Positions 38,173 to 46,852 of a DNA stretch of 55,847 bases are shown here, piece by piece. The position numbers were made by a program, and so were the translations under genes. Source of the DNA: Methanobacteriota archaeon. GTDB taxonomy: Archaea > Thermoplasmatota > Thermoplasmata > RBG-16-68-12. The notes under the pieces were generated by a model. It saw nothing but the letters and a program-made list of their open reading frames with translations. It ran no database searches and was not told the origin of the DNA. The DNA lies in the NCBI GenBank assembly GCA_005879065.1, contig VBLU01000003.1:1-55847 (forward strand), in the 5' to 3' direction. Numbering within the stretch: position 1 is the first letter of the stretch; each line of letters begins with the position of its first letter.

Positions 38173-39270
38173 ATGGGCGAGCGCGTGAAGCGCATCTTCC
38201 GGAACTTGAACGACGGCGTCGATTTGATCGTGTTCCTGAACTCCGTGGATCCGCACATCGACATGTCCTTCTTCTACGCGACCGGCGTGACGGACGGTTT
38301 GTTCGAAGGTTGCGCGGCGTGGCTCACGCCGGACGGTAAAGCCGCCATCACGACGTCCGCGCTGGAAGAGGAGGCGGCGAAGAAATCTGGTCTCCCCCTC
38401 GATGTGTTCCGCACCCGCGATGAATCCTCGAAGCTCATCAAGAAGCGGCTCGCGGGGCACCGCAAGATCGGCATCAACGCATCCGAGCTCACATATGCCG
38501 CGTTTCAGCGCCTCCGGAAACTGGCGCCACGGGCCGCGCGGTTCGTCGACGTCTCCGGGGCCGTGATGAAGGCGCGGCTCGTCAAGGACGCCCAGGAAGT
38601 CGATCTGATTCAACGGGCCTGCGACATCGCTTCACGAGCGTTCGAGGAAACGCTGTCGTTTATCCAAACCGGGGTCACGGAGGCGGAGGTCGCTTCCGAG
38701 CTCGTGTACCGGATGCAGAAGAACGGGGCGACCGCGCCCTCCTTCCGCACGATCGTTGGATCCGGTCCGAACGGCGCGGAGCCACACTACACCGCAGGGC
38801 CGAGGAAGATCGAGCGCGGCGACATGATCGTGATCGACTTCGGAGCCCAGTACCACATGTACTGTTCCGACATCACCCGCACGGTCGTCGTGGGCTCTCC
38901 GTCCGCGGAGCAGCGGCGGATGCACGACACGGTCGCGCGCGCGCAAGCCGCCGCCTTGGCCAAGATGAAACCGGGCGCACGGGGGAAGGCGGTCGACGCC
39001 GCGGCCCGGTCCCTGATCGACCGCACGAAATACAAGGGGCGGTTCATTCATGGCCTCGGTCACTCCGTCGGACTCGCGGTCCACGACCCGAGCGGCGGCC
39101 TGAGCCCTTCGAGCGACCTCATCCTCCGACCGAACATGGTCCTCACGAACGAGCCCGGCGTCTACGTGTCCGGGTTCGGTGGTGTCCGGATCGAGGACGA
39201 CGTCCTGATCACGAAGAACGGACCCCGGGTCCTGAGCACGGCCCCGAGGGAATTCCTGGAACTGGCATAG
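38173..39270 (+). CDS. pepQ: Xaa-Pro aminopeptidase/prolidase (M24B)
   Basis: IDFGA, SDITRT, HGLGHSVGLAVHD, EPGVY, GVRIEDD. Confidence 0.93.
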   Translation: MGERVKRIFRNLNDGVDLIVFLNSVDPHIDMSFFYATGVTDGLFEGCAAWLTPDGKAAITTSALEEEAAKKSGLPLDVFRTRDESSKLIKKRLAGHRKIGINASELTYAAFQRLRKLAPRAARFVDVSGAVMKARLVKDAQEVDLIQRACDIASRAFEETLSFIQTGVTEAEVASELVYRMQKNGATAPSFRTIVGSGPNGAEPHYTAGPRKIERGDMIVIDFGAQYHMYCSDITRTVVVGSPSAEQRRMHDTVARAQAAALAKMKPGARGKAVDAAARSLIDRTKYKGRFIHGLGHSVGLAVHDPSGGLSPSSDLILRPNMVLTNEPGVYVSGFGGVRIEDDVLITKNGPRVLSTAPREFLELA

Positions 39271-39273
39271 ACC

Positions 39274-39822
39274 TCAAGGGACCGCTGGCTCGCGGAGCTC
39301 GCGGGCGAGGATGCTCATCCGGATCACATGCACGAACCGGCCGTCCTTGTAGATGTCTTCGCGGTGCACGCCTTCGCGGTTGAACCCAAGGCGCTCGTAG
39401 ATTCGGATCGCGCGCGTGTTGTATTCGAGCACGTCGAGCGAGACTTTGTTCAGGCTCAGCGGCCCGAAAGCATAGAGGAGCGCGGTCCGCATCGCCTCCG
39501 TCCCATAGCCTTTCGACCAGAACGTCGGTTCGCCAATCACAATTCCCACTTCCGACTTCCGGTGGACCCGGTCGATCTTGTGTAACCCGATGTTCCCGAT
39601 GTGGAGGCCCTCTGCCTCGATCGCGAAGATCTGTTCGTCCGTCCGCCGCTCGTAGTCACGGAACCATCGTTCCTCCTCCGGTAAGGTCACGGGCGAGTTC
39701 CGGCCGAGGAAGTGGATAATCTGCGGGTCCGAGAACCATTTCACGCATCGCCGAAGATCCGTCGAAGCGAGGGGCCGGAGCCGGAGACGATCCCCCTGCA
39801 GGATCCGGCGGGTTTCCAACAC
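39274..39822 (-). CDS. RimJ/RimL-type GNAT acetyltransferase
   Basis: LRLRPL, HIGNIGL, WSKGYGTEA, NTRAIRIYERLGF. Confidence 0.9.
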   Translation of the reverse strand: MLETRRILQGDRLRLRPLASTDLRRCVKWFSDPQIIHFLGRNSPVTLPEEERWFRDYERRTDEQIFAIEAEGLHIGNIGLHKIDRVHRKSEVGIVIGEPTFWSKGYGTEAMRTALLYAFGPLSLNKVSLDVLEYNTRAIRIYERLGFNREGVHREDIYKDGRFVHVIRMSILARELREPAVP

Positions 39823-39951
39823 GAGGTCCCGACTCGGAGCCGATGCGTAAAGACCTTTGCCCGTCCGTGTCGTCCATCGAACCGTCTCGGCCGTGCGGCC
39901 CAACTTGGGCCGGACGATGCCTTGAAATCGACTCCACGCTTCCCATCGTAC

Positions 39952-40959
39952 GTGATCGTGTACGATCCGCGGTTCCTCGACCATGTCCCGTCGCCTCTCC
40001 ACGTGGAGAGGCCGGACCGCCTTCGGTCCATCGTCGAGCGCCTGGAGCGGGAAGGGCTTTTTCATGGGGTCGAAACACCTCCGACCGCGACGATCGCGGA
40101 CCTCCGGCGCGTCCATCGAGGATCGTACGTCGAACTGGTCCGGAGTCTCGGGGAGGGCTTCTTGGATCCGGAGACCGCGGTCCATCGGGGCACGTTCGAC
40201 ATCGCCGGGCTCGCGGCGGGAGGCGTGCTCCTCGCGACTCGCTCCGCGGTCCGAGACGGCCATCCGACCATCGCCTTGGTCCGGCCGCCCGGTCACCATG
40301 CAGGCCCGGACTATGGCGGCGGGTTCTGTTATCTGAACAACGTCGCGATCGCCGCCGCGGAACAAGTCGCCGCGGGTCGTCGCGTCGCCATCTTGGATTA
40401 CGACGCCCATCACGGAAACGGGACGCGGGACATCTTCGCGGAGAATCCCGCGGTCCTCTATGTGTCCACGCACGAGTACGGGATCTATCCGGGGACGGGT
40501 CCCGCGGAAGATACCGGGACGGGCGAGGGCCGTGGTTTCACGGTGAATATCCCGTTCACGGCCGGGTGCGGCGACGCGTCCTATGTGGCGGCGCTGGACT
40601 CGGTCATCGAGCCGATCCTGGGGCAGTTTCGTCCGGATGTGGTCCTCGTGAGCTTGGGAATCGATGCCCACTACCGCGACCCGCTCACCTCCCTCACGCT
40701 TTCTTCTCCCGGGTATGTGGACCTCGTCAAGCGGAGCGCGGCCCTCGCCGCTCGTCTCTGCGCGAATCGCTTCACGATCGCTTTGGAAGGCGGATACCAT
40801 CTCGAGGCACTCAGCGAAGTGATCGCCGGGGTGGTGGCCGGGATCGAAGGCCGCTCGATCCCCCTCGCGCTGACCGACGTCCTCGACGACAAGGGTCGCG
40901 GCCGGGAAGCGATCGAGGCGACGAAGCGCGCTCACCGCGACTTCTGGAACCTACGCTGA
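39952..40959 (+). CDS. Zn-dependent histone deacetylase family protein
   Basis: HVERPDR, RPPGHHA, GFCYLNN, DYDAHHGNGT, GIDAH, LEGGY. Confidence 0.93.
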   Translation: MIVYDPRFLDHVPSPLHVERPDRLRSIVERLEREGLFHGVETPPTATIADLRRVHRGSYVELVRSLGEGFLDPETAVHRGTFDIAGLAAGGVLLATRSAVRDGHPTIALVRPPGHHAGPDYGGGFCYLNNVAIAAAEQVAAGRRVAILDYDAHHGNGTRDIFAENPAVLYVSTHEYGIYPGTGPAEDTGTGEGRGFTVNIPFTAGCGDASYVAALDSVIEPILGQFRPDVVLVSLGIDAHYRDPLTSLTLSSPGYVDLVKRSAALAARLCANRFTIALEGGYHLEALSEVIAGVVAGIEGRSIPLALTDVLDDKGRGREAIEATKRAHRDFWNLR

Positions 40960-42099
40960 GTGGGGGCGCTTGCGTTCCGTCATCCGGCGCTCCTTCTCCT
41001 TCAGGATCCGTTTGTGCAAGACCTCGAGGAGGCCCTTCAATGCGGCGTGGAGGTCCCAGTCGAAGTGGTGGGCGTGGTACACGCGGTGCGCGGTCGTGAA
41101 CCGCGCCCGGAGCGAATACTTGAACCGGTCCCCTTCGGGACTGTACTTCTGGAAATGGATCGCGAACGTCCTCGGCTCGACGAGTTCCGCGATCCGACGC
41201 ATCTCCTTCTGGATGACCGCATAGATCTCGTCGTACGCCTCGGGCGGTTCGTCCTCGAGGCCACTGATCTCGACGAACAGCTGATCCCTTTCTCGGAGAC
41301 CCGCGAGGAACTGCATCAGGTCCTGGGTCGTGATGATGCCGACCGGCTCATCCTTCTCCGTCACGACGACCGAGGAGATGTGGTTCTTCGCCATCAGTTC
41401 CGCCGCGCGGTGGACGTCCGCGTCCGGGCCCACCGTGATCGGCGGAGAACGCATCACGCTCTGCACCTCGAGGACGATTTTCTCCTCGCGTCCGGCGTGC
41501 TCGCCATACTGCTCCCGGACCTTCGGGCGAGCGAACAGATCGACGATGTCCTTCATCCCGACGATGCCTTTGATGCGCCGATGCTTGTCGACGACGGGGA
41601 CGGAACGCTCCCCGAGGGATCGCATGATCTGGACCGCGTGTTCCACCGTGTCGTTCTCGGCGACGGCCTGCGGGTTCGGAGTCATGAAGTCCTTGGCCAC
41701 GACGCCCTCGAGGGCCTTTGTCTCGACGAGGGCCCGCACCAGGTCGGACCGCGAGAGGATTCCGACCAGCGACTTTCCTTTCGCCACGGGGATCGCACGG
41801 AAGCCGGTGCTAATCATTTTTTCCGCGGCCTCCGGCAAGACGGTGTCGGGCGTGAGTTCCGGCGGTACCTGGAGGACGGTCGAGACCTTCGTGTTGGGCG
41901 GCAGGTTCCTGCGCCGCATGAGCTCGCGCAGCGTCACCACGCCGACGATCTTCTTCCGCTCGAGGACCGGGAGTTCGTGGACATCATGGGTCTTCATCTT
42001 CCCGAGGGCGTCCCCAATCGTGTCGTCGGGCGCCACGGTCACAAGGTCCGTCGTCATGAAGCCGGACACCCGGAGGTCTTGGACCTTGTTCCGCTTCAT
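40951..42099 (-). CDS. Four-CBS-domain protein with C-terminal HPF/RaiA-like domain (candidate hibernation factor)
   Basis: Two CBS pairs, then ~110 aa VEISGL..IHFQKY..YSLRARF..DWDLHAALKGLLEVLHKRI with a basic tail. Confidence 0.8.
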   Translation of the reverse strand: MKRNKVQDLRVSGFMTTDLVTVAPDDTIGDALGKMKTHDVHELPVLERKKIVGVVTLRELMRRRNLPPNTKVSTVLQVPPELTPDTVLPEAAEKMISTGFRAIPVAKGKSLVGILSRSDLVRALVETKALEGVVAKDFMTPNPQAVAENDTVEHAVQIMRSLGERSVPVVDKHRRIKGIVGMKDIVDLFARPKVREQYGEHAGREEKIVLEVQSVMRSPPITVGPDADVHRAAELMAKNHISSVVVTEKDEPVGIITTQDLMQFLAGLRERDQLFVEISGLEDEPPEAYDEIYAVIQKEMRRIAELVEPRTFAIHFQKYSPEGDRFKYSLRARFTTAHRVYHAHHFDWDLHAALKGLLEVLHKRILKEKERRMTERKRPHSA

Positions 42100-42178
42100 G
42101 GTGAACCCGCTCGGGTGGGAGGCAGCGATAGCGGAGGTCCGTATAAGAAAGTTCTTTCAGGGCGTCTCAATCCACGAG

Positions 42179-42457
42179 ATGATGGAGACTCGCGCGATCG
42201 TGGTCTTCCGAGGTCGTGTCCAAGGGGTCTACTTCCGGGCGAATTGCGCCGAGAAGGCGGAGGCCCTTGGCCTTCAGGGCTATGTGCGCAACATGCCCGA
42301 CGGAAGTGTCGAAGCCGTCTTGGAAGGAGATCGTCCTGGAATCGAGGCGTGCATCGACTGGAACAAGACGTCCCAGCCGTACGCGCGAGTCGAAACTGTC
42401 GAGGTCACTTGGTCAGAGGCCCGGGGCGATGCTCGAGGGTTCCACGTTCGCCACTGA
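42179..42457 (+). CDS. acyP: Acylphosphatase
   Basis: GRVQGVYFR, GYVRNMPDGSVE. Confidence 0.95.
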   Translation: MMETRAIVVFRGRVQGVYFRANCAEKAEALGLQGYVRNMPDGSVEAVLEGDRPGIEACIDWNKTSQPYARVETVEVTWSEARGDARGFHVRH

Positions 42458-42505
42458 AGGCCGTCAGCAACGTTCATCCGACCATCGAGCCCTGTCGCGG
42501 TCGGC

Positions 42506-42697
42506 ATGGAGCTAACTCCGGTGCTTCGACAGGTGATCGTCCGGTGGATCGCCGGGTTCGCGTTCCTACTCTTCGCTCTGGTACTCGCGATTCTGTCTCT
42601 GCTTCCGAACGGGGGGATCGGCGGAGCGTTCGCCCTCTTCTTCGCAGTCCTTGGCCTCGCGCTGATCCTCGACGCAGTCAACGAGTTCCGCAAATGA
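42506..42697 (+). CDS. Small membrane protein (2 TM)
   Basis: 63 aa with two hydrophobic helices; fills the intergenic gap. Confidence 0.7.
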   Translation: MELTPVLRQVIVRWIAGFAFLLFALVLAILSLLPNGGIGGAFALFFAVLGLALILDAVNEFRK

Positions 42698-42724
42698 TGT
42701 GTTCGCTGCGAGGAACTCAACCGC

Positions 42725-43558
42725 CTATCGAATCTGGAAGCCATAGGTCCGTTCGGGTGTCTCCCGATGAATCACCTGGGCTTGGTCTTCCGTCAGGAGG
42801 CCATTTGCGATCCACGCCTTCGTCTTCCTGGGCACGGTCGCCGGCCCAAGGACCGCTCCCGGCCGTCGTGGGTCGTCGATGTAGTCCGTCTCGAGAAGGA
42901 AGCGGGGACCACCCTTCAGCGCCTCCTCGACCAGATTCTCCTTCGCAAGGATCGAAGGGACCAGGCCATGTGTGTCCTCGGGCTTCGTGAAGGGCGTCGA
43001 GTGGTGCTTGACCAAACGACCCGGATCAAGACCCGCTTTCGACGCCATCCGAGCGAACTCCGCGAAGGTGGCCGGCGTCGGGTCCTCCGTGTGAAGCACG
43101 ACAGCGCAACCGAGTTCCCTCGCGCGGACCATCGTGTATTCCAGAAGACCGTTGCAAGTCGCGAGAATTTCGTCGGACACCGGGAAGTGGGGTCGACCCA
43201 CCTCACCGAACGCGACGGCCTCCTGCGCCGCGATGCGCTCTGCAGCCCGGTCGATTCCCGACCGCATCACCTCGATCGCGGGAGCGCGTCCGATGGCTCC
43301 CTGCAGTCCGAGGAAGTCGACCGGATACGGGCCCAAGGCCACGAACACTTGGACGTGGGTCGCCTTGCGGACGGCTTCCGCCATCGCGAGCGTCTTCGCG
43401 TACGCTTTGTCGTAATCCTCCGCGCGATGAATCGGGATCTCGTCGTAGGGCGAATGGGTCAGGAGGATGGCCGTGCCGCCCGCGCGCTCGAAGTCTTTCG
43501 CGGCATCGACACCCCGAAACTCCGCACGCAAGTGGATGTGGTTGTCGAAGATCGGCAC
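42725..43558 (-). CDS. TatD-related metal-dependent hydrolase
   Basis: DNHIH, GEVGRPH, LHTE, KHH, ETDYIDD. Confidence 0.88.
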   Translation of the reverse strand: MPIFDNHIHLRAEFRGVDAAKDFERAGGTAILLTHSPYDEIPIHRAEDYDKAYAKTLAMAEAVRKATHVQVFVALGPYPVDFLGLQGAIGRAPAIEVMRSGIDRAAERIAAQEAVAFGEVGRPHFPVSDEILATCNGLLEYTMVRARELGCAVVLHTEDPTPATFAEFARMASKAGLDPGRLVKHHSTPFTKPEDTHGLVPSILAKENLVEEALKGGPRFLLETDYIDDPRRPGAVLGPATVPRKTKAWIANGLLTEDQAQVIHRETPERTYGFQIR

Positions 43559-43582
43559 GCATTGCGGATTCGGAGCGCTCTC

Positions 43583-44047
43583 TTAGGCTTTCCCGGTCGG
43601 CGCCGAGTCCTCGGCTGGGCGACTGGCCCGCCCTCGCAAGGCGCGGTTCATCTCCTCGAATCCGCGGCGCACATCCTTTTCCAGCCGCCGTGCGAGGAAC
43701 GGCAGAAAGAGGCCACGGAACCGTTCCCGTTGCACGAACCGCGTGGACTGAGACCCCAGGGGCGTGAGTTCGAAGATGTGCTCGCCGTCGAAGAGGCCAG
43801 GGATGACGAGACGCCCCAACCATCGGAACTCGCGGTTCCGGACGGCCACCCTCACGGTCGGGCGGAAGCGCATCGGCCGGGTTCCGGGGGCGCCGATCTC
43901 CACCTCGAGTCGGGAACCGACCTCCGGCGTTCCGCGGATCGACCGGATGAACGGGTTCCACCGCGGATAGCTGTCGAAGTCCATCAGGACTTGCCAAACG
44001 CGTTCGACGGGCGCGTCGATCTCCGTCTCGGTGCGCAGTTCCAACAT
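43583..44047 (-). CDS. SRPBCC/polyketide cyclase-like protein
   Basis: IDAPVERVWQVL..YPRWNP, FDGEHIFEL, GFEEMNRAL. Confidence 0.88.
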   Translation of the reverse strand: MLELRTETEIDAPVERVWQVLMDFDSYPRWNPFIRSIRGTPEVGSRLEVEIGAPGTRPMRFRPTVRVAVRNREFRWLGRLVIPGLFDGEHIFELTPLGSQSTRFVQRERFRGLFLPFLARRLEKDVRRGFEEMNRALRGRASRPAEDSAPTGKA

Positions 44048-44051
44048 CGCG

Positions 44052-44603
44052 TTACCGAAGGAGACCGGCCGCCTTCAGCTCTTCCGTGATCTTCTCGACA
44101 GCCTGCTCAACGTCTGAAGGCTTTCGCGCGCCGGTACAGACGAGTTTTCCGCTCCCGAACAGGAGCACGACGACTTTCGGCACGTCGATTCGGTAGACGA
44201 GCCCGGGGAACTGCTCCGGCTCGTATTCGACCTTCTCGAGTCCGAGGGAGATCGCGATCGCGTTCAGGTTGATCTCGGTCCCCAGGTCAGACGATGCGAC
44301 GATGTTCTGGACCTCGATCTCCGGATTCTTCTTGATCGGGATACCGGCGGCCTCGATCTGCTTCGCGACGATCTCGATCGCCTGCTTCACATGTTCGAGG
44401 CTCTTCGCCCCGGTGCACACGACCTTGCCACTCCGGAAGAGGAGGGTCGCGGTCTTTGGCTCTTTGAGGCGGTAGATCAGGCCCGGGAACTGTTCGGGCT
44501 CGTATTCCGCGCCGCCGAGGGCGAGCGCGATCGCTTGGAGGTCGAGCTCCTCACCGAGGGAGGTCGACGCGACCACGTTCTCAATTTTGATTTTAGCCAC
44601 CAT
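44052..44603 (-). CDS. tbp: TATA-box-binding protein
   Basis: Two repeats NVVAS/NIVAS..YEPEQFPGL.YR..FxSGK.VCTGA; GGAGGTG SD. Confidence 0.98.
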   Translation of the reverse strand: MVAKIKIENVVASTSLGEELDLQAIALALGGAEYEPEQFPGLIYRLKEPKTATLLFRSGKVVCTGAKSLEHVKQAIEIVAKQIEAAGIPIKKNPEIEVQNIVASSDLGTEINLNAIAISLGLEKVEYEPEQFPGLVYRIDVPKVVVLLFGSGKLVCTGARKPSDVEQAVEKITEELKAAGLLR

Positions 44604-44678
44604 ATGCACCTCCGAGGTGGCCGGCGGTCCCACGGGGAGCCTGCCGGGGCTCGGCAGACTCGGGGAGTTAAATAGTCC

Positions 44679-44690
44679 TTTATAAGGGTT
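44679..44690 (-). promoter_or_regulatory. TATA box of tbp
   Basis: Minus strand AACCCTTATAAA, nearly identical to the psmA promoter AACCCTTATAAG. Confidence 0.65.
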
Positions 44691-44717
44691 AGCGGCCAAA
44701 GTGCACGCCGCGATTCT

Positions 44718-45614
44718 CTAGGAAGCGGACTCGCGAGCCCGGACGACCGCGTATAGGGCCTGGTTCAGCGGGACCGGGATCCGGTGGCGGGCGGCGGCTC
44801 GGACGATCGGCCCCGTGATCGCGTCGATCTCCGTCCGGTGGCGTCGGTCCAGGTCCTGCAGCATGCTCCCCCGATTCGCCGCGGTCCGCTTCGCGATCAA
44901 CACGGTGCGGTGACGGATCTCCTCGGCGTCCACGCCGGCCCCTTCGGCTTTGGCGACCGAGGCGGCCTCTCGACACACGGATTCCAGGACGACGAGCAGA
45001 CGCTTGTCGCGGACCAGGCGGCCGTTCGGAACGCCGGCGACGGCCGCGAGCGGGTTGATCGACGCATTCACGACAAGCTTGGACCAGAGCTCCGTCCGGA
45101 CGTCGCTCGTGACCTGGGCCACGATCCCGACATCGGCGAGGAGATCCCTCAGACGGACGAGGTCCGCCTCGTCCACGTGGGACCACGCACCGAGGACCGT
45201 GTCGCCGACTCCGGCATGTCGGATCTCGCCGGGACCGACGTACGTCACCCCGATGGCCGTGGTGCCCGTGATCACGCGTCGCGCCGCTTTCGCGATGGTC
45301 TCCGCGTTGCCGAGTCCGTTCTGAAGCGTCACGAACGTGGAGCGATCCGCGAGACGTTGCAGGGCGAGCATCGCATTCGCTGTGTCGTACGCCTTCGTCG
45401 TGACGAACACCCAATCGGGTCGCGCGTTCTGCGGCACCGTCGTCGATGCATCCGGTTTCGCGACGACGGAGGTCTTGCCCGTGATGCGGAGCCCGTGCGC
45501 TCGGACTGCGTCGACGTGTTCCGATCGTCCGACGAGTACGACCTTGTGTCGTCGAGAGAGCAATCCTCCGATGAAACTGCCCATCGCGCCGGCTCCGAAC
45601 ACGAGAATTTCCAC
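44718..45614 (-). CDS. panE: 2-dehydropantoate 2-reductase
   Basis: FGAGAMGS, TTKAYD, LQNGLG, WSKLVVNASINP, SMLQD, TEID. Confidence 0.93.
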   Translation of the reverse strand: MEILVFGAGAMGSFIGGLLSRRHKVVLVGRSEHVDAVRAHGLRITGKTSVVAKPDASTTVPQNARPDWVFVTTKAYDTANAMLALQRLADRSTFVTLQNGLGNAETIAKAARRVITGTTAIGVTYVGPGEIRHAGVGDTVLGAWSHVDEADLVRLRDLLADVGIVAQVTSDVRTELWSKLVVNASINPLAAVAGVPNGRLVRDKRLLVVLESVCREAASVAKAEGAGVDAEEIRHRTVLIAKRTAANRGSMLQDLDRRHRTEIDAITGPIVRAAARHRIPVPLNQALYAVVRARESAS

Positions 45615-45719
45615 GCGGGCCGGAGTATCGTTGTGCGAAAAAACGGTTTCGGTAGTGTTGACGCATCCCTCGTTTTTTATAAAAATCACAGAATGTTCGA
45701 ATTTTCTCGTCTTCGCTAC

Positions 45720-45727
45720 TTTTAAAA
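45720..45727 (+). promoter_or_regulatory. TATA box (TTTTAAAA) for the micro-ORF
   Basis: AT-rich island, about 25 nt upstream of the GGGAGG SD. Confidence 0.6.
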
Positions 45728-45762
45728 CCCCTTACTCTATTACATATTCAGGGAGGAAACAA

Positions 45763-45801
45763 GTGGCCAAGAAGAAAAAGGGCAAGAAAAAGAAGCGATA
45801 G
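45763..45801 (+). CDS. Putative 12-aa Lys-rich micropeptide MAKKKKGKKKKR
   Basis: GGGAGG-N6-GTG, TAG stop, upstream TATA, downstream hairpin and pyrimidine tract. Confidence 0.55.
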   Translation: MAKKKKGKKKKR

Positions 45802-45823
45802 GCCGCTTGCCCACAGAACCCTA

Positions 45824-45895
45824 GCGGTGATTCGCCCTTCGCGGCTCACCGCGCCGCACCCTTTTCCCGTTTTTCATTCCCTTTCATATTTCTCG
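45824..45895 (+). terminator. Hairpin plus pyrimidine tract
   Basis: GCGGTGA..TCACCGC stem followed by CTTTTCCCGTTTTTCATTCCCTTTC. Confidence 0.5.
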
Positions 45896-46793
45896 AGATT
45901 CGATCTGCGATTCGCAACGCCTCCGGATATCTGTCTCGTGTGGTCTTGCGGACCAAGTGCATCGCGTGCAGGAGAGAAATGCGGTGGCCCACGGAGACGT
46001 AGATGGCCCGCGATCGATTCGGCGGCGTCCACGCATATCCGCGGGTGACCCCGTCGATTCGGACGGGAAGCGCGTCCTCGTGTTTCTCGGACAAGGGTTG
46101 TACGCGACCGGCGAGCGGATGCTTCGCGACTCCGATCGTCGGCAGATCCAGTCGGACTCCCACATCACATGCGACTCCGAACAGGGCCGGGTGCAACCGC
46201 CCGTGGCCGTCGATCATGAGCACATCGGGGCACGTGGAGAGTCGTCGGACCGCCGCCTCGACTCCGGGGAACTCCCGATAGGCGAGATAGGTCGGGATAT
46301 ACGGAAAGTCCACCCTTCTTCGGACGAGAGCAACCTCGACCGTCTCGAGATCCGCGAGCGAGACGGAAGCCGCGGCCGCGTACATCTCGTCACCCTGATA
46401 CGCCACATCGACGCCGGCGACGATCTCGATCGGCCCGCGATCGTCGTTCTCGATGACCTTCGAAGCGAGCCGCTGTTGCTCTGCACGAAGGACCCCGAGG
46501 AATTCGACGTCCGGCAGGGAGGCGATGATTCGGGATTCATCGACGCAGCCCCCGGACATGGGAAAGCCCTCCTCACCGAGCTGCTGTTCGGCCGCGGCGA
46601 GGACGGGCCGACCGTCCTCGCGAACGACCCGGTGGCCCCGCCGCGTGTCCGGATGTTCCACAAGCCAGGTCGCGACCCCACGCGCCGCTCGCACGTCGCC
46701 GAGCGCGCGGGCGATTGTTCCGCATGTCGCCACTTGCCCGTGCGGAATTTCAGCGAGGCATTTCGAAATCGCCTTTGCGAAGTCCGGGTCCAC
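45846..46793 (-). CDS. nfi: Alkyltransferase-like domain fused to endonuclease V
   Basis: N-terminus IPHGQVATCGTIARALG..AARGV..GHRVV; C-terminus AGVDVAY, PYIPTYLAYRE, IDGHGRLHP, GVAK, YVSVGH. Confidence 0.92.
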   Translation of the reverse strand: MDPDFAKAISKCLAEIPHGQVATCGTIARALGDVRAARGVATWLVEHPDTRRGHRVVREDGRPVLAAAEQQLGEEGFPMSGGCVDESRIIASLPDVEFLGVLRAEQQRLASKVIENDDRGPIEIVAGVDVAYQGDEMYAAAASVSLADLETVEVALVRRRVDFPYIPTYLAYREFPGVEAAVRRLSTCPDVLMIDGHGRLHPALFGVACDVGVRLDLPTIGVAKHPLAGRVQPLSEKHEDALPVRIDGVTRGYAWTPPNRSRAIYVSVGHRISLLHAMHLVRKTTRDRYPEALRIADRISRNMKGNEKREKGAAR

Positions 46794-46852
46794 AGCCGCG
46801 TAAGGTCGCGAGCCCGCAAAACCTTTCTACGAAACGGTCCATCGACGGACCT

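Noticed and set aside
45660..45750. AT-rich island with TTTTTATAAAAA palindrome as a replication origin
   Set aside because: No ORB-like repeats and no cdc6/orc1 nearby; explained by divergent promoters
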